Assembly: GCA_048617235.1 (NCBI GenBank)
Contig: JBMCHT010000003.1
Coordinates: 17,958 to 81,957 of the forward strand
Reading direction: 5' to 3'
Source of the DNA: Patescibacteria group bacterium
GTDB taxonomy: Bacteria; Patescibacteriota; Minisyncoccia; Phycocordibacterales; XYD1-FULL-46-19
DNA: 64,000 nt
A program made the translations under genes and the position numbers. Below, in pieces: positions 18,746 through 28,515 of this stretch; the first letter of the stretch is position 1, and each line of letters begins with the position of its first letter. Below the pieces are notes generated by a model, which made no database searches, was not told the origin of the DNA, and saw nothing but the letters and a program-made list of their open reading frames with translations.

Positions 18746-19111
18746 TTAAAATTTCAATCCGGCTTGACGAGCTCCATCGGCTACCGCTTTAACTTGACCG
18801 GCATAACGATAACCACTTCTATCAAAAACTACGGCAGTAATTTTTTTCTCTTTAGCTGCTTCAGCTAGAGATTGACCAACTATAAAAGCTTTCTCTACTC
18901 TGTTTTTTTTATTTTGATTATCTTCAAATATTTTCTTGCCGGAAATACCGACTAAAGTTTGACCGGTAACATCATCCACTAAAAAAGCATTGATATAACG
19001 ATTAGAACGAAAAACAGCCAAGCGGGGTTTAGTAATTACTCCTTTAACTTTAGCCCGCACTCGACGATGGCGTAGTTCTCTGATAGGAGTTTTGGAAATT
19101 GAAGTAGACAT
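18746..19111 (-). CDS. rplR: 50S ribosomal protein L18
   Basis: PRLAVFRSN, VVFDRSGYRYAG, ARQAGLKF. Confidence 0.98.
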   Translation of the reverse strand: MSTSISKTPIRELRHRRVRAKVKGVITKPRLAVFRSNRYINAFLVDDVTGQTLVGISGKKIFEDNQNKKNRVEKAFIVGQSLAEAAKEKKITAVVFDRSGYRYAGQVKAVADGARQAGLKF

Positions 19112-19125
19112 AGAAATAAAATTAA

Positions 19126-19662
19126 TTAAGCAACAGACTTCTTACCTTGTTTTCTTAAAACGACCTCATCAATATAACGAATTCCTTTTCCTTTATAAGG
19201 CTCGGTTTTCTTTTGGATTCTGATTAAAGAAGCAAAACCGCCAACCGATTCTTTATTATAACCGGAAACGGTAATGTTATTCTTTTCTACCGTTACTTCC
19301 AAATCTGCCGGAATTTTTAAACGCACCTGATGAGAAAAACCCACATCCAAAACCAAATGCCCGTCAGTAACATTTATTTTATAACCTATTCCTTCTATTA
19401 CTAATTTTTTAACGAAGCCTTCAGTTACACCAACAACCATATTTTTTAAATGTGAACCATAAGTACCCCACAAATTCTTCGCTAAAATAGAATCAGCAAC
19501 CGGCACTAAAGTGATTTGATTATCATTAATCTTAATATCTATCACATCTTTAAAAATACGACTGATTTTACCCCGAGGACCAGAAACAATAACTTCCCCT
19601 CCGTTTTTATCCACGGTTACTCCTTGAGGAATTTCTATAATTTGTTTACCAATTCTAGACAT
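19126..19662 (-). CDS. rplF: 50S ribosomal protein L6
   Basis: MSRIGK, EPYKGKGIRY. Confidence 0.98.
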   Translation of the reverse strand: MSRIGKQIIEIPQGVTVDKNGGEVIVSGPRGKISRIFKDVIDIKINDNQITLVPVADSILAKNLWGTYGSHLKNMVVGVTEGFVKKLVIEGIGYKINVTDGHLVLDVGFSHQVRLKIPADLEVTVEKNNITVSGYNKESVGGFASLIRIQKKTEPYKGKGIRYIDEVVLRKQGKKSVA

Positions 19663-19673
19663 AAAAATTTAAA

Positions 19674-20078
19674 TTACCAAATTTGAAATATTACTTCACC
19701 ACCCAATTTTTGTTTTCGAGCCTCTTCTTCAGCCATTAATCCTTTAGAAGTAGATACAACTACTAATCCATAACCCTGACGGGTCGGCCTTAGTTCAGAT
19801 ACTTTCTTGTAAATTCGACGGGAAGGTTTTGATATTTTCTTAATTTGACTTAATCTGGCTTGAGGTCGAGTTCCGGGTACAGCCGGTAAATAAGAAATAT
19901 AACAAGATAAATAAGGACGATTACGTCGCATTTTTTTAGTAATATTTTCCAAATAACCTTTAGAAGCCAAAACTTTGATTACCTCGTGTTTAAATTTAGA
20001 ATAAGGGAAAACCACTTCCTCCCGCCCGGTCAAAGCGGTATTCTTTATTTGAACTAACATGTCTGCTATTGGATCCAT
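19674..20078 (-). CDS. rpsH: 30S ribosomal protein S8
   Basis: DPIADML, ISKPSRRIY, STSKG, GGEV. Confidence 0.98.
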   Translation of the reverse strand: MDPIADMLVQIKNTALTGREEVVFPYSKFKHEVIKVLASKGYLENITKKMRRNRPYLSCYISYLPAVPGTRPQARLSQIKKISKPSRRIYKKVSELRPTRQGYGLVVVSTSKGLMAEEEARKQKLGGEVIFQIW

Positions 20079-20088
20079 AATAATTTAA

Positions 20089-20274
20089 TTACCAAGAAGA
20101 TTTTCTAACACCGGGAATTTGGCCTTGGTTAGCAAATTCCCTAAAACAAATTCGACATAAACCAAAATCCCTCATATAACCATGTTTACGCCCACAATGA
20201 AAACAACGATTAATCGTCCGAGATTTAAATTTCGGATTTTTCTGAGCTCTGGCAATAACGGATTTTTTGGCCAT
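20089..20274 (-). CDS. rpsN: 30S ribosomal protein S14, Zn-binding type
   Basis: [23 protein letters not shown]. Confidence 0.98.
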   Translation of the reverse strand: MAKKSVIARAQKNPKFKSRTINRCFHCGRKHGYMRDFGLCRICFREFANQGQIPGVRKSSW

Positions 20275-20308
20275 ATTTTATATAAAAATAAAAATAATTA
20301 AAATAAAA

Positions 20309-20359
20309 GGCTTAGGTTAAGCCAGTGCTTATCCTATCAATTATACAGGATGATGTCAA
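20309..20359 (-). promoter_or_regulatory. internal promoter with hairpin upstream of rpsN
   Basis: TTGACA-N17-TAGGAT (with TG extension) then GGCTTA-ACC-TAAGCC-TTTT. Confidence 0.65.
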
Positions 20360-20387
20360 ACTATTGTCCTTACTTTAAAAACTTATT

Positions 20388-20945
20388 TTAAGCAACTTTT
20401 TTGGTTTCTTTAAATGGAAAATCCAAATGTTTAAACAAAACTTCTCCGGATTGCCTATCGGTGGCTGAAGTAATAACCGTCACCGCCAAACCAAAAACAT
20501 CTTTTAAATCTTCATCGGATGTCTCCGGAAAAACCACATGCTCTTTAACAGCTAAAGTTAAATTACCCATTTCGTCAATAGATTTTAAAGTATAACCCTT
20601 AAAATCCCGAGAACGAGGAATAGCCACATTTATTAACTTATCCAAAAAGGCATACATCCGATTTCCACGCAAAGTAACGGATTGACCAATGATATCTCCT
20701 TGTCTTAATTTAAAGGAAGCAATTGATTGTTTAGCCGGTCGAGGAGATGGCTTTTGGCCGGTTATTTTAGATAAACGATCAGCCACCAATTCATTCTTCT
20801 TTTTTTTATCAACCGCTTTGCCAGTACCGGAGCTGACTACCACTTTAACCAATCTCGGAACAGCCAAGCTGTTGGTTAAACCCAATTCTTTTTTTAAATC
20901 CGGTAAAACTCTTTGGTATTTATTTTTTAAATTTTCAATAGCCAT
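20388..20945 (-). CDS. rplE: 50S ribosomal protein L5
   Basis: ITGQKP, SIASFKLRQG, VTLRG, PRSRDFKG. Confidence 0.98.
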   Translation of the reverse strand: MAIENLKNKYQRVLPDLKKELGLTNSLAVPRLVKVVVSSGTGKAVDKKKKNELVADRLSKITGQKPSPRPAKQSIASFKLRQGDIIGQSVTLRGNRMYAFLDKLINVAIPRSRDFKGYTLKSIDEMGNLTLAVKEHVVFPETSDEDLKDVFGLAVTVITSATDRQSGEVLFKHLDFPFKETKKVA

Positions 20946-20953
20946 AATTTATT

Positions 20954-21271
20954 TTATTTAAAAACTTTTTCACATTTAACACAAGTTCTAATTTTATCTC
21001 CGTTTTTATCTTCAGTCTTTTTAATCCTAACTCCTCGATTACAATTTGAACAGAAAAGTAATACATTAGAATAGGCTACCGGTAAAGAAATGGATAAAAC
21101 TTGTCCGGCTTCTCCCTTTTGCCTGGATTTAACTCTTTTGGTTCTAACGTTAACACCCTCAATCACCAAGCGATTATTTTCTCTGTCCACTTTAGTCACT
21201 TGACCGGTTTTACCTTTATCTTTACCGGCAATAATATAAACTTTATCTTTGGTTTTAATATTCATTTTCAT
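20954..21271 (-). CDS. rplX: 50S ribosomal protein L24
   Basis: DKVYIIAGKDKGKTG KOW motif, VIEGVN, SNV. Confidence 0.97.
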   Translation of the reverse strand: MKMNIKTKDKVYIIAGKDKGKTGQVTKVDRENNRLVIEGVNVRTKRVKSRQKGEAGQVLSISLPVAYSNVLLFCSNCNRGVRIKKTEDKNGDKIRTCVKCEKVFK

Positions 21272-21280
21272 AATATTTAT

Positions 21281-21652
21281 TTATAGGACTTCAGGAGCCA
21301 ATGAGATTATTTTTTGATAACCCGATTCCGCCAATTCTCTGGGAATAGGCCCGAAAATACGACCACCCCTCGGTTCTTTTTTACCTTTTTCCAAAATAAC
21401 TACCGCATTCTCATCAAAACTGATATAAGAACCGTCTTTTCGCCTATAAGGCTGTTTTTGCCTAACCACTATTGCCTGAACCACTTCTTTTTTCTTTAAA
21501 GCTTTACGCGGTTCAGCCACCTGAACGGCCAAAACCACCAAATCTCCGATGCGAGCATATCGACGCTTGGAACCGCCAAGTACCTTAAATACCCGACCGA
21601 TTTTAGCTCCGGTATTATCTGTTATTTTTACTATGGTTTGCGGTTGAATCAT
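21281..21652 (-). CDS. rplN: 50S ribosomal protein L14
   Basis: DNTGAK, FDENAVV, RIFGP, KIISLAPEVL. Confidence 0.99.
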   Translation of the reverse strand: MIQPQTIVKITDNTGAKIGRVFKVLGGSKRRYARIGDLVVLAVQVAEPRKALKKKEVVQAIVVRQKQPYRRKDGSYISFDENAVVILEKGKKEPRGGRIFGPIPRELAESGYQKIISLAPEVL

Positions 21653-21660
21653 AATCTTTA

Positions 21661-21942
21661 TTAAATAATCTGACCATTAACAGCTATAACTTTAAAACTC
21701 TTATCTTTGGAAAACGGTTTGGTTTCCATAATGGTTACTTTGTCCCCTAACTGACAAGCTCTATTTTCCAAATGAGCCTTGTAACGTTTATTTTTGTTAA
21801 TGAATTTACCATAACGAACATGTTTAATTCTTTTGGTTACTTCCACCACCACGGTTTTATCCATTTTATCTGAAACCACCACTCCGAATAATTTTCTCGG
21901 CTTAGCAATCTTTTGTTTAACTTGTGAATTATTTTCAGACAT
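21661..21942 (-). CDS. rpsQ: 30S ribosomal protein S17
   Basis: GVVVSDKMDKTVVV, ETKPFSKDK. Confidence 0.98.
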   Translation of the reverse strand: MSENNSQVKQKIAKPRKLFGVVVSDKMDKTVVVEVTKRIKHVRYGKFINKNKRYKAHLENRACQLGDKVTIMETKPFSKDKSFKVIAVNGQII

Positions 21943-21964
21943 ATTAATTTTATATTTGATTTTT

Positions 21965-22162
21965 CTATTGATCTTTTGTTGTTAGATTTAATTTAGTCAA
22001 CAACCGAGCAATTTCTTTTTTTAAATCACGACCAGCCTTAGTGTTAGTTGTTTTTCCTCCGGCTAAAGCTCCTTTTAACTTAGCCAATTCTTTTCGTTTT
22101 TCTTCAATTGCTTTCTTTAAATCAATTGAAGTCATTTTTGAAATATCCTTTTTTTTAGCCAT
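21965..22162 (-). CDS. rpmC: 50S ribosomal protein L29
   Basis: KKEIARLLT; position between rplP and rpsQ. Confidence 0.9.
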   Translation of the reverse strand: MAKKKDISKMTSIDLKKAIEEKRKELAKLKGALAGGKTTNTKAGRDLKKEIARLLTKLNLTTKDQ

Positions 22163-22205
22163 AGTCTTAATATCTTTATCACGAATTTAAAAATTTGTCC
22201 ATTAT

Positions 22206-22634
22206 TTAATTACCGGCTCGACTGACAATCTTGGTTTTAACCGGTAATTTAGCTCCGGCTTTACGCAAAGCTTCTCGAGACACTTCTTCACTTAAGCCGT
22301 CTAATTCAAATATAATTCGACCGGGCAAAACCTCAGCTTCATAACCCTGAAGATCGCCTTTGCCTTTACCCATACCCACCTCTGCCGGTTTAGTGGTAAA
22401 AGGTCGATCCGGGAATATCCTAATCCATAATTTTCCTTTCTTTTGCATTTGCCTGGCAATGGTTTTTCGCGCCGCTTCTATTTGATTAGAACGAATTCTG
22501 CCATGAGTCTGCGCTTTCAAACCAAAAGAACCGAAACCTAAACTAACCCCCCTAGATTCCACCCTTTTTTTATTGGGATTGGTTCTACCTGTTTGCCATT
22601 TACGATATTTTACTTTTTTGGGAAATAAAGCCAT
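22206..22634 (-). CDS. rplP: 50S ribosomal protein L16
   Basis: QIEAAR, WIRIFPD, MGKGKG, KLPVK. Confidence 0.99.
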   Translation of the reverse strand: MALFPKKVKYRKWQTGRTNPNKKRVESRGVSLGFGSFGLKAQTHGRIRSNQIEAARKTIARQMQKKGKLWIRIFPDRPFTTKPAEVGMGKGKGDLQGYEAEVLPGRIIFELDGLSEEVSREALRKAGAKLPVKTKIVSRAGN

Positions 22635-22640
22635 ATTATT

Positions 22641-23303
22641 TTATTTATCTTCTTTATCAAAAATTTCTCCTCGATAAATCCAAACTTTTACTCCAATTAC
22701 TCCATAAGTGGTAAAAGCTTTTTCACGAGCAAAATCTATATCTGCTCTTAGGGTTTGTAAAGGAATTCGTCCATCCTTAACCATTTCTTTCCGGCTCATA
22801 TCCGCCCCACCCAATCGACCGGAAACCGAAATTTTTACTCCTTCAACTCTGGATTGAGCCATAGATTTTTCCAAAACTTGTTTCATCACTCGTCTGAAAG
22901 GCATTCTTTTTTCCAAACCTTCAGCTACCATATAGGCTACAATAGCGGCATGGCTTTCCGGATCTTTAACTTCTTCTATATCTAATTTAACTGTTTTAGT
23001 AACATCATTATTTTTCTTTAATATTTTTTGAATATCACCTTTCAATTTAGTCACCCCGTCACCATTGCGTCCAATAACCATTCCCGGTCTGGAAGTTTTA
23101 ATTATCAACCTGATTTCATTTTCATCTCTTTCAATATCCACCGTAACTACATAAAACCCACGTAATTTTTTTCCTAAAAATTCTCTCAACGCAATATCAG
23201 CTTGTAAAAAATTTTGGTATTGACCTTTTTTACCAAACCAACGCGATTTCCAATCACGGATAATACCTAAACGATGCGAATAAGGATGAACTGTATGAGT
23301 CAT
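22641..23303 (-). CDS. rpsC: 30S ribosomal protein S3
   Basis: RPGMVIG, SGRLGGA, PLQTLRADID, GVKVWI. Confidence 0.99.
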   Translation of the reverse strand: MTHTVHPYSHRLGIIRDWKSRWFGKKGQYQNFLQADIALREFLGKKLRGFYVVTVDIERDENEIRLIIKTSRPGMVIGRNGDGVTKLKGDIQKILKKNNDVTKTVKLDIEEVKDPESHAAIVAYMVAEGLEKRMPFRRVMKQVLEKSMAQSRVEGVKISVSGRLGGADMSRKEMVKDGRIPLQTLRADIDFAREKAFTTYGVIGVKVWIYRGEIFDKEDK

Positions 23304-23320
23304 AATAATATTATTTAAAT

Positions 23321-23662
23321 TTACTTAGAATGATTAACCGTATCTAATTCAACCTGGATTCGACTGGCCCGTTTACGAATCAAAAAAGCTCGTCCTCTGG
23401 CTCTTGGTCTCATTCTTTTTAAAGTCAAACCTTTGTCTACCCTAATATTTTTCACTATCAAGTCATCTTTAGACAAACTGGCATCTTTATTTTTGGCATT
23501 AGCGGCCGCACTACTTATTAATTTACCTATAGAAAGACTGGCTCTTTTTGGTAAAAATTGCAATTCGGCCAAAGCTCGAGAAACAGTTTTACCCTTAACC
23601 AAATCCGTTACCAAACGAACTTTGCGAGGGGATTGTCTATATTGGTTAAGTTGAGCTTTCAT
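23321..23662 (-). CDS. rplV: 50S ribosomal protein L22
   Basis: SPRKVRLV, SAAANA, PRARGRA. Confidence 0.99.
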   Translation of the reverse strand: MKAQLNQYRQSPRKVRLVTDLVKGKTVSRALAELQFLPKRASLSIGKLISSAAANAKNKDASLSKDDLIVKNIRVDKGLTLKRMRPRARGRAFLIRKRASRIQVELDTVNHSK

Positions 23663-23667
23663 AATAG

Positions 23668-24003
23668 TTATTTTTTATCAGCAGTTTTAGCGGCTCGAGC
23701 AGCGGCAATTTCTGCTTCCTTTTTCTTCATCTCCAATTCTTTTTGCATTTTACCACCATGCCTGATAAATTTACGAGTCGGAGAAAATTCACCCAAACGA
23801 TGACCTACCATTTCTTCGGTAATTAGAACCTCTATATGGTGCCGACCATTATGGACACCAAAAGTAAAACCGACCATTTCCGGACTAATTTGACTGCTAC
23901 GAGCCCAAGTTTTAATCACTCCGGTATCATTTGGCTTCTTATCGGTTATTTTCTTCAATAATTTAGGATCTATATACGGTCCTTTTTTAAGTGAACGGGC
24001 CAT
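23668..24003 (-). CDS. rpsS: 30S ribosomal protein S19
   Basis: [24 protein letters not shown]. Confidence 0.99.
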   Translation of the reverse strand: MARSLKKGPYIDPKLLKKITDKKPNDTGVIKTWARSSQISPEMVGFTFGVHNGRHHIEVLITEEMVGHRLGEFSPTRKFIRHGGKMQKELEMKKKEAEIAAARAAKTADKK

Positions 24004-24049
24004 GAAAATTTAATCAGATTAGTTATTGTACTAGTTATATAATTAAAAA

Positions 24050-24106
24050 GGCTCTAAATACAGCCAGAGCCAAGGCTAATGTTATCAGATAAAGACAAAA
24101 TGTCAA
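24050..24106 (-). promoter_or_regulatory. internal promoter with hairpin upstream of rpsS
   Basis: TTGACA-N16-TAACAT (TG extension) then GGCTCT-N10-AGAGCC-TTTT. Confidence 0.55.
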
Positions 24107-24148
24107 CCAAAGTAACATTTTTTTAACTCTAAAAAACCAAGATTGACA

Positions 24149-24988
24149 TTATTTACGCTTCTTGGTCTTTCGTCTGGAGACAATTAACCGATTAGAATAT
24201 TTTTTAGCCGGACGAGTTTTGGAACCACCGGTAATTTTACCATGTTTGGTCTTAGGTCGTTTAGTTCCTCGACCTTGACGGCCTTCTCCGCCACCATAAG
24301 GATGATCTACCGGGTTCATGGCACTACCTCGAACTTTAGGTCTGATACCCAGCCATCGGGATCTTCCGGCTTTTCCTTTATTAACTTGTTTATATTCTTC
24401 ATTAGAGACCGCTCCAACAGTTACCCAAGCTTTTTCGTTTACTTTTCTAATCTCTCCCGAAGGCATCTTAATTAAAGAATAACCGGCGTCATTAGATAAA
24501 ACCTCAGCATAAGTACCGGCGGAGCGTACTAATTTAGCTCCTCCTTCCGGTTTTAATTCTATATTATAAATCATAGTACCAGCCACAGCTTTGTTTAAAG
24601 GGATACTATTACCGGGCTTTATTTTTGCTTTAGCCGAAACTATAATTTCATCTCCCATTTTAACAGTTTTAGGAGCTAAAATATAACGACGTTCTCCATC
24701 GGCATAACAAACTAAAGCAATAAAACCGGAACGATTAGGATCATACTCAATCGATTCCACTTTAGCCGGTATTTCTTTCTTATTATATGAAAAATCAACC
24801 AAACGATAACGACGTTTATGTCCCCCACCTCTATGATGAACAGTGATTCTTCCTCCACTGTTTCGTCCAACATGACGCTTACGTCCAAAAACCAAGGGTT
24901 TATGCGGTTTAGAAGTGGTTAAATTTTTTTTATATGAAACCGTAGACATTTGACGTCGAGACGGTGTTGTCGGCTTGTATTTTTTCAT
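24149..24988 (-). CDS. rplB: 50S ribosomal protein L2
   Basis: GGGHKR, IEYDPNR, RGSAMNPVDHPYGGGEG. Confidence 0.99.
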   Translation of the reverse strand: MKKYKPTTPSRRQMSTVSYKKNLTTSKPHKPLVFGRKRHVGRNSGGRITVHHRGGGHKRRYRLVDFSYNKKEIPAKVESIEYDPNRSGFIALVCYADGERRYILAPKTVKMGDEIIVSAKAKIKPGNSIPLNKAVAGTMIYNIELKPEGGAKLVRSAGTYAEVLSNDAGYSLIKMPSGEIRKVNEKAWVTVGAVSNEEYKQVNKGKAGRSRWLGIRPKVRGSAMNPVDHPYGGGEGRQGRGTKRPKTKHGKITGGSKTRPAKKYSNRLIVSRRKTKKRK

Positions 24989-25005
24989 AAATCAATAATC
25001 TATTT

Positions 25006-25320
25006 TTAAATAAAATCTATTTTTTGACCAACCGGAACATAAATCATGGCCTTCTTATAACCCGAACGGCGTCCACGGCGTCCACGTATTTTTTCCCATC
25101 GAGGACTATTTTTTACAATATTAACCTTAGTTGGATTTATTTTATATTTTTTGAAAAAAGCCTCACTAATCTCAATTTTATTAACTTCCATAGGCACATC
25201 AAAAGTATAAATTGGAGCCGGGGCGGTAACCGACTCGGCTAAACCGACACTTTTCTCGGTAATTCGAGGTTTTATCAATCTCAATTCAGTTTTTATGGTT
25301 TGTTTACCTAATTTAGACAT
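25006..25320 (-). CDS. rplW: 50S ribosomal protein L23
   Basis: PRITEKS, YTF, KKAMI. Confidence 0.95.
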   Translation of the reverse strand: MSKLGKQTIKTELRLIKPRITEKSVGLAESVTAPAPIYTFDVPMEVNKIEISEAFFKKYKINPTKVNIVKNSPRWEKIRGRRGRRSGYKKAMIYVPVGQKIDFI

Positions 25321-25330
25321 AATATTAAAA

Positions 25331-26038
25331 CTATTTTACCTCTAATGGAAGAGGGGAATGACTATTACCTAGAATTTTTTGAAATCGCCCCCTAATTATT
25401 TCAAAAACAATTTCCGGATCAGTTATTATTAAATATTTGTAAGTAGCCACCAACAAAGGATCAATATTTCTGGCTTCTTCCACTTTAATTGTGGGTAAAC
25501 TTTTAACACTTTTTACTAAATTGTTATTTAAATCCGGAGTAATCACTAAAGCTCTTTTCCCTTTGTCATAAATTAACTCCGAAAAACCATCTACTACTGA
25601 CCAATTTTTAAAAGATTCTTTAACTGTTTTAATTGACGGAGATTCTAACTTCCAAGCTTCCACCAATAATAAATTATTAGTTTTAGCTTTAGTAGACATT
25701 AAAGCCAAAAGGGCTTTAAATTTCATCTTTCTATTTATTTTTTGACTATATTTTCTTTCCGGTCGAGGGCCATGAGTAACCCCTCCGCCAATCCAAATTG
25801 GAGACCGAATTGAACCATGACGAGCTCGACCGGTTCCTTTCTGCCTCCAAGGTTTACGGCCACCACCGGACACCTCACTTCTGTCTTTAACTGCAACTGT
25901 TTCTTGGCGTTGATTAGCTCTTTCAGCTGTTATTACTTGATGAACCAAATCTCCATTCCAATCAACATTAAATATTTCCCCCGGTAAATCCAACTGACCG
26001 ATTTCTTTACCTGAATGATTGTATAACGAAGATTGCAT
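25331..26038 (-). CDS. rplD: 50S ribosomal protein L4
   Basis: EVSGGGRKPWRQKGTGRARHGS, GGGVTHGP. Confidence 0.99.
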   Translation of the reverse strand: MQSSLYNHSGKEIGQLDLPGEIFNVDWNGDLVHQVITAERANQRQETVAVKDRSEVSGGGRKPWRQKGTGRARHGSIRSPIWIGGGVTHGPRPERKYSQKINRKMKFKALLALMSTKAKTNNLLLVEAWKLESPSIKTVKESFKNWSVVDGFSELIYDKGKRALVITPDLNNNLVKSVKSLPTIKVEEARNIDPLLVATYKYLIITDPEIVFEIIRGRFQKILGNSHSPLPLEVK

Positions 26039-26058
26039 GTTTATTTTAATTTGGAAAA

Positions 26059-26087
26059 ACCGCCTCGGCGGTCATCCTTAAATTATA
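26059..26087 (-). promoter_or_regulatory. -10 box with GC hairpin upstream of rplD
   Basis: TATAAT then ACCGCC-GA-GGCGGT-TTTT. Confidence 0.5.
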
Positions 26088-26120
26088 CTTTCAATTACTA
26101 ACATAAAAAAATCAGCCTGT

Positions 26121-26750
26121 CTAATTTGCTTTTATTTCCACTATTGAACCGCGACGACCGGGAACAGCTCCGGAGATATAGAGTAAATTATTACCCTCGT
26201 CTACCTGAACTACTCGCAAACCTTTAACGGTTTTGCGTTTTCCACCCATCCGACCGGCCATTTTAGTTCCTTTAAAAACTTTTTGAGGACCGGTAGCTCC
26301 AATAGATCCGGGCTCTCTTTCGGAATGTTTCTGACCATGAGTTCGTGGGCCACCGGCAAAATTATACCTCTTAACCACACCTTGAAAACCCTTACCTTTG
26401 GTTAAACCGGATATTTCCACTTCATCACCTGAATTAAAAACTGAAACACTAACTTCTTGACCCGGTTCCGCTTCCACCGCTTTAGCTTTGGTTCTAAATT
26501 CCTTTAAAACTTGAAATCCATTCTCAGCCGCCGGCCAATTCTTTTTAATTTGACCTTGGAGAGCCTTGGACATCTTAGCTAAAGGTTTTTGACCATAACC
26601 AACATAAACACCATCATAACCATCTTTAGCTACGTTTTTTACTTCCAAAACTCGAACCGGTCCGGCGGCTATTACCGTTACCGGTAAAACCCGACCATCT
26701 TGATCGAAAATTTGAGTCATCTCTTTTTTTTGTCCCAGAATATATTTCAT
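26121..26750 (-). CDS. rplC: 50S ribosomal protein L3
   Basis: KGKGFQGVVKR, PGSIG, KMAGRMG, GAVPG. Confidence 0.99.
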   Translation of the reverse strand: MKYILGQKKEMTQIFDQDGRVLPVTVIAAGPVRVLEVKNVAKDGYDGVYVGYGQKPLAKMSKALQGQIKKNWPAAENGFQVLKEFRTKAKAVEAEPGQEVSVSVFNSGDEVEISGLTKGKGFQGVVKRYNFAGGPRTHGQKHSEREPGSIGATGPQKVFKGTKMAGRMGGKRKTVKGLRVVQVDEGNNLLYISGAVPGRRGSIVEIKAN

Positions 26751-26771
26751 GTTTTTAAGTATTTGGTCTTC

Positions 26772-27107
26772 CTATACCATCTTAACATCTATATTAACCC
26801 CCGAAGGTAAGTTCAAATTAGTCAAACTGTCCACTATTTTAGGAGAAGGGGCTATAATATCTATTAAACGCTTATGAACTCTCATTTCAAACTGTTCGCG
26901 CGAATCTTTATCTACAAAAGAACTGCGATTGACTGTATATTTTTTTATTTCCGTTGGTAAAGGTACCGGACCATTCAATTGACCATCATAACGTAAAGCC
27001 GTATCCACTATTTGCTTAACGCTGGAATCCAAAACTTTATTTTCATAAGCCGATACCCTAATACGTAATTTGGGGATTTCTGTTTGTTCAACGGATTTTT
27101 TAGCCAT
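26772..27107 (-). CDS. rpsJ: 30S ribosomal protein S10
   Basis: GPVPLPT, SREQFE, HKRLID. Confidence 0.99.
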   Translation of the reverse strand: MAKKSVEQTEIPKLRIRVSAYENKVLDSSVKQIVDTALRYDGQLNGPVPLPTEIKKYTVNRSSFVDKDSREQFEMRVHKRLIDIIAPSPKIVDSLTNLNLPSGVNIDVKMV

Positions 27108-27130
27108 AATATAATTGCTTCAAAGCCGAT

Positions 27131-28324
27131 TTAGGCCACTATTTTAGTTACCACTCCGGCTCCGACCGTTTTACCACCTTCACGAATAGCAAATCGCTGA
27201 CGATCTTCCAAAGCTACTGGAGCTACCAATTTAACTTTAAAAGTAACTGTATCTCCAGGCATAACCATCTTAACATCATCAGCTAAAGTTACTTCTCCGG
27301 TTACATCGGTCGTTCTAATATAAAACTGCGGTTTATAACCGGTAAAGAACGGAGTATGACGACCACCTTCTTCCTTAGTTAAAATATAAACCTCAGCTTC
27401 AAATTCAGTGTGCGGAGTAACCGAACCCGGTTTGGCTAAAACTTGACCACGAGTAATATCGTCTTTTTTCAAACCTCGAAGTAAAATTCCGGCATTGTCT
27501 CCAGCCATTCCTTCATCTAGAGACTTATTAAACATTTCAATTCCGGTAACGGTAGTTTTAGAAGTGTCTTTCATTCCGATGATATCCACTTCTTCTCCGA
27601 CCTTAACAGCTCCTCTTTCAATTCTACCGGTAACCACTGTTCCTCGACCCTCAATGGAGAAAACATCTTCCACCGGCATCAAGAAAGGCTTATCAGTATC
27701 TCTTTCCGGTTCAGGAATATATTCATCCATAGCCTCAGCTAATTCCAAAACTTTTTTAGCTTGCTCATCATCAGCCGAAGTTGCCTCTAAAGCTTTAAGG
27801 GCTGATCCACGAATAACCGGAGCATTTTTACCATCGTATTCATATTTATCTAACAGTTCTCTAACCTCTTCCTCTACCAAATCAATCAATTCCGGATCAT
27901 CCACCATATCCACTTTATTTAAGAAAACAATAATTTTAGGCACTCCTACTTGGCGAGCCAACAATATATGCTCTCTGGTTTGAGGCATTAAACCATCGGT
28001 AGCCGCTACCACAATTATGGCACCATCCATTTGAGCGGCTCCGGTAATCATATTTTTAATGTAATCGGCGTGTCCGGGAGCATCAACATGAGCATAATGC
28101 CTCTTTTCGGTCTCATACTCATTGTGAGACAAAGCAATAGTAATACCGCGATCTCGTTCTTCGGGAGCGTTGTCAATATCATTAACTGCCCTCATCTTCA
28201 CTTTATTACCGGCCAAATTCAAAACATGCAAAATAGCGGCGGTTAAAGTAGTTTTTCCATGATCCACATGTCCAATGGTTCCGACATTAACATGAGATTT
28301 GGAACGATCAAATTTATCTGCCAT
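27131..28324 (-). CDS. tuf: elongation factor Tu
   Basis: [34 protein letters not shown]. Confidence 0.99.
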   Translation of the reverse strand: MADKFDRSKSHVNVGTIGHVDHGKTTLTAAILHVLNLAGNKVKMRAVNDIDNAPEERDRGITIALSHNEYETEKRHYAHVDAPGHADYIKNMITGAAQMDGAIIVVAATDGLMPQTREHILLARQVGVPKIIVFLNKVDMVDDPELIDLVEEEVRELLDKYEYDGKNAPVIRGSALKALEATSADDEQAKKVLELAEAMDEYIPEPERDTDKPFLMPVEDVFSIEGRGTVVTGRIERGAVKVGEEVDIIGMKDTSKTTVTGIEMFNKSLDEGMAGDNAGILLRGLKKDDITRGQVLAKPGSVTPHTEFEAEVYILTKEEGGRHTPFFTGYKPQFYIRTTDVTGEVTLADDVKMVMPGDTVTFKVKLVAPVALEDRQRFAIREGGKTVGAGVVTKIVA

Positions 28325-28515
28325 AATAATTTTTAAATTAGCTTTAATAATTTATAACCTTTTAATTAAATAAATATAAATAAAAATTTAAGGTTTACTA
28401 TTTACTAGAATTCAAACCCAATAGCCATCTCTAAAAAAGCAAGCCTTAAACCACTTCTATTATTTATAGTTAAAACATACCAATATTATACTTAAAAACA
28501 ATATTAGTCAAGATT

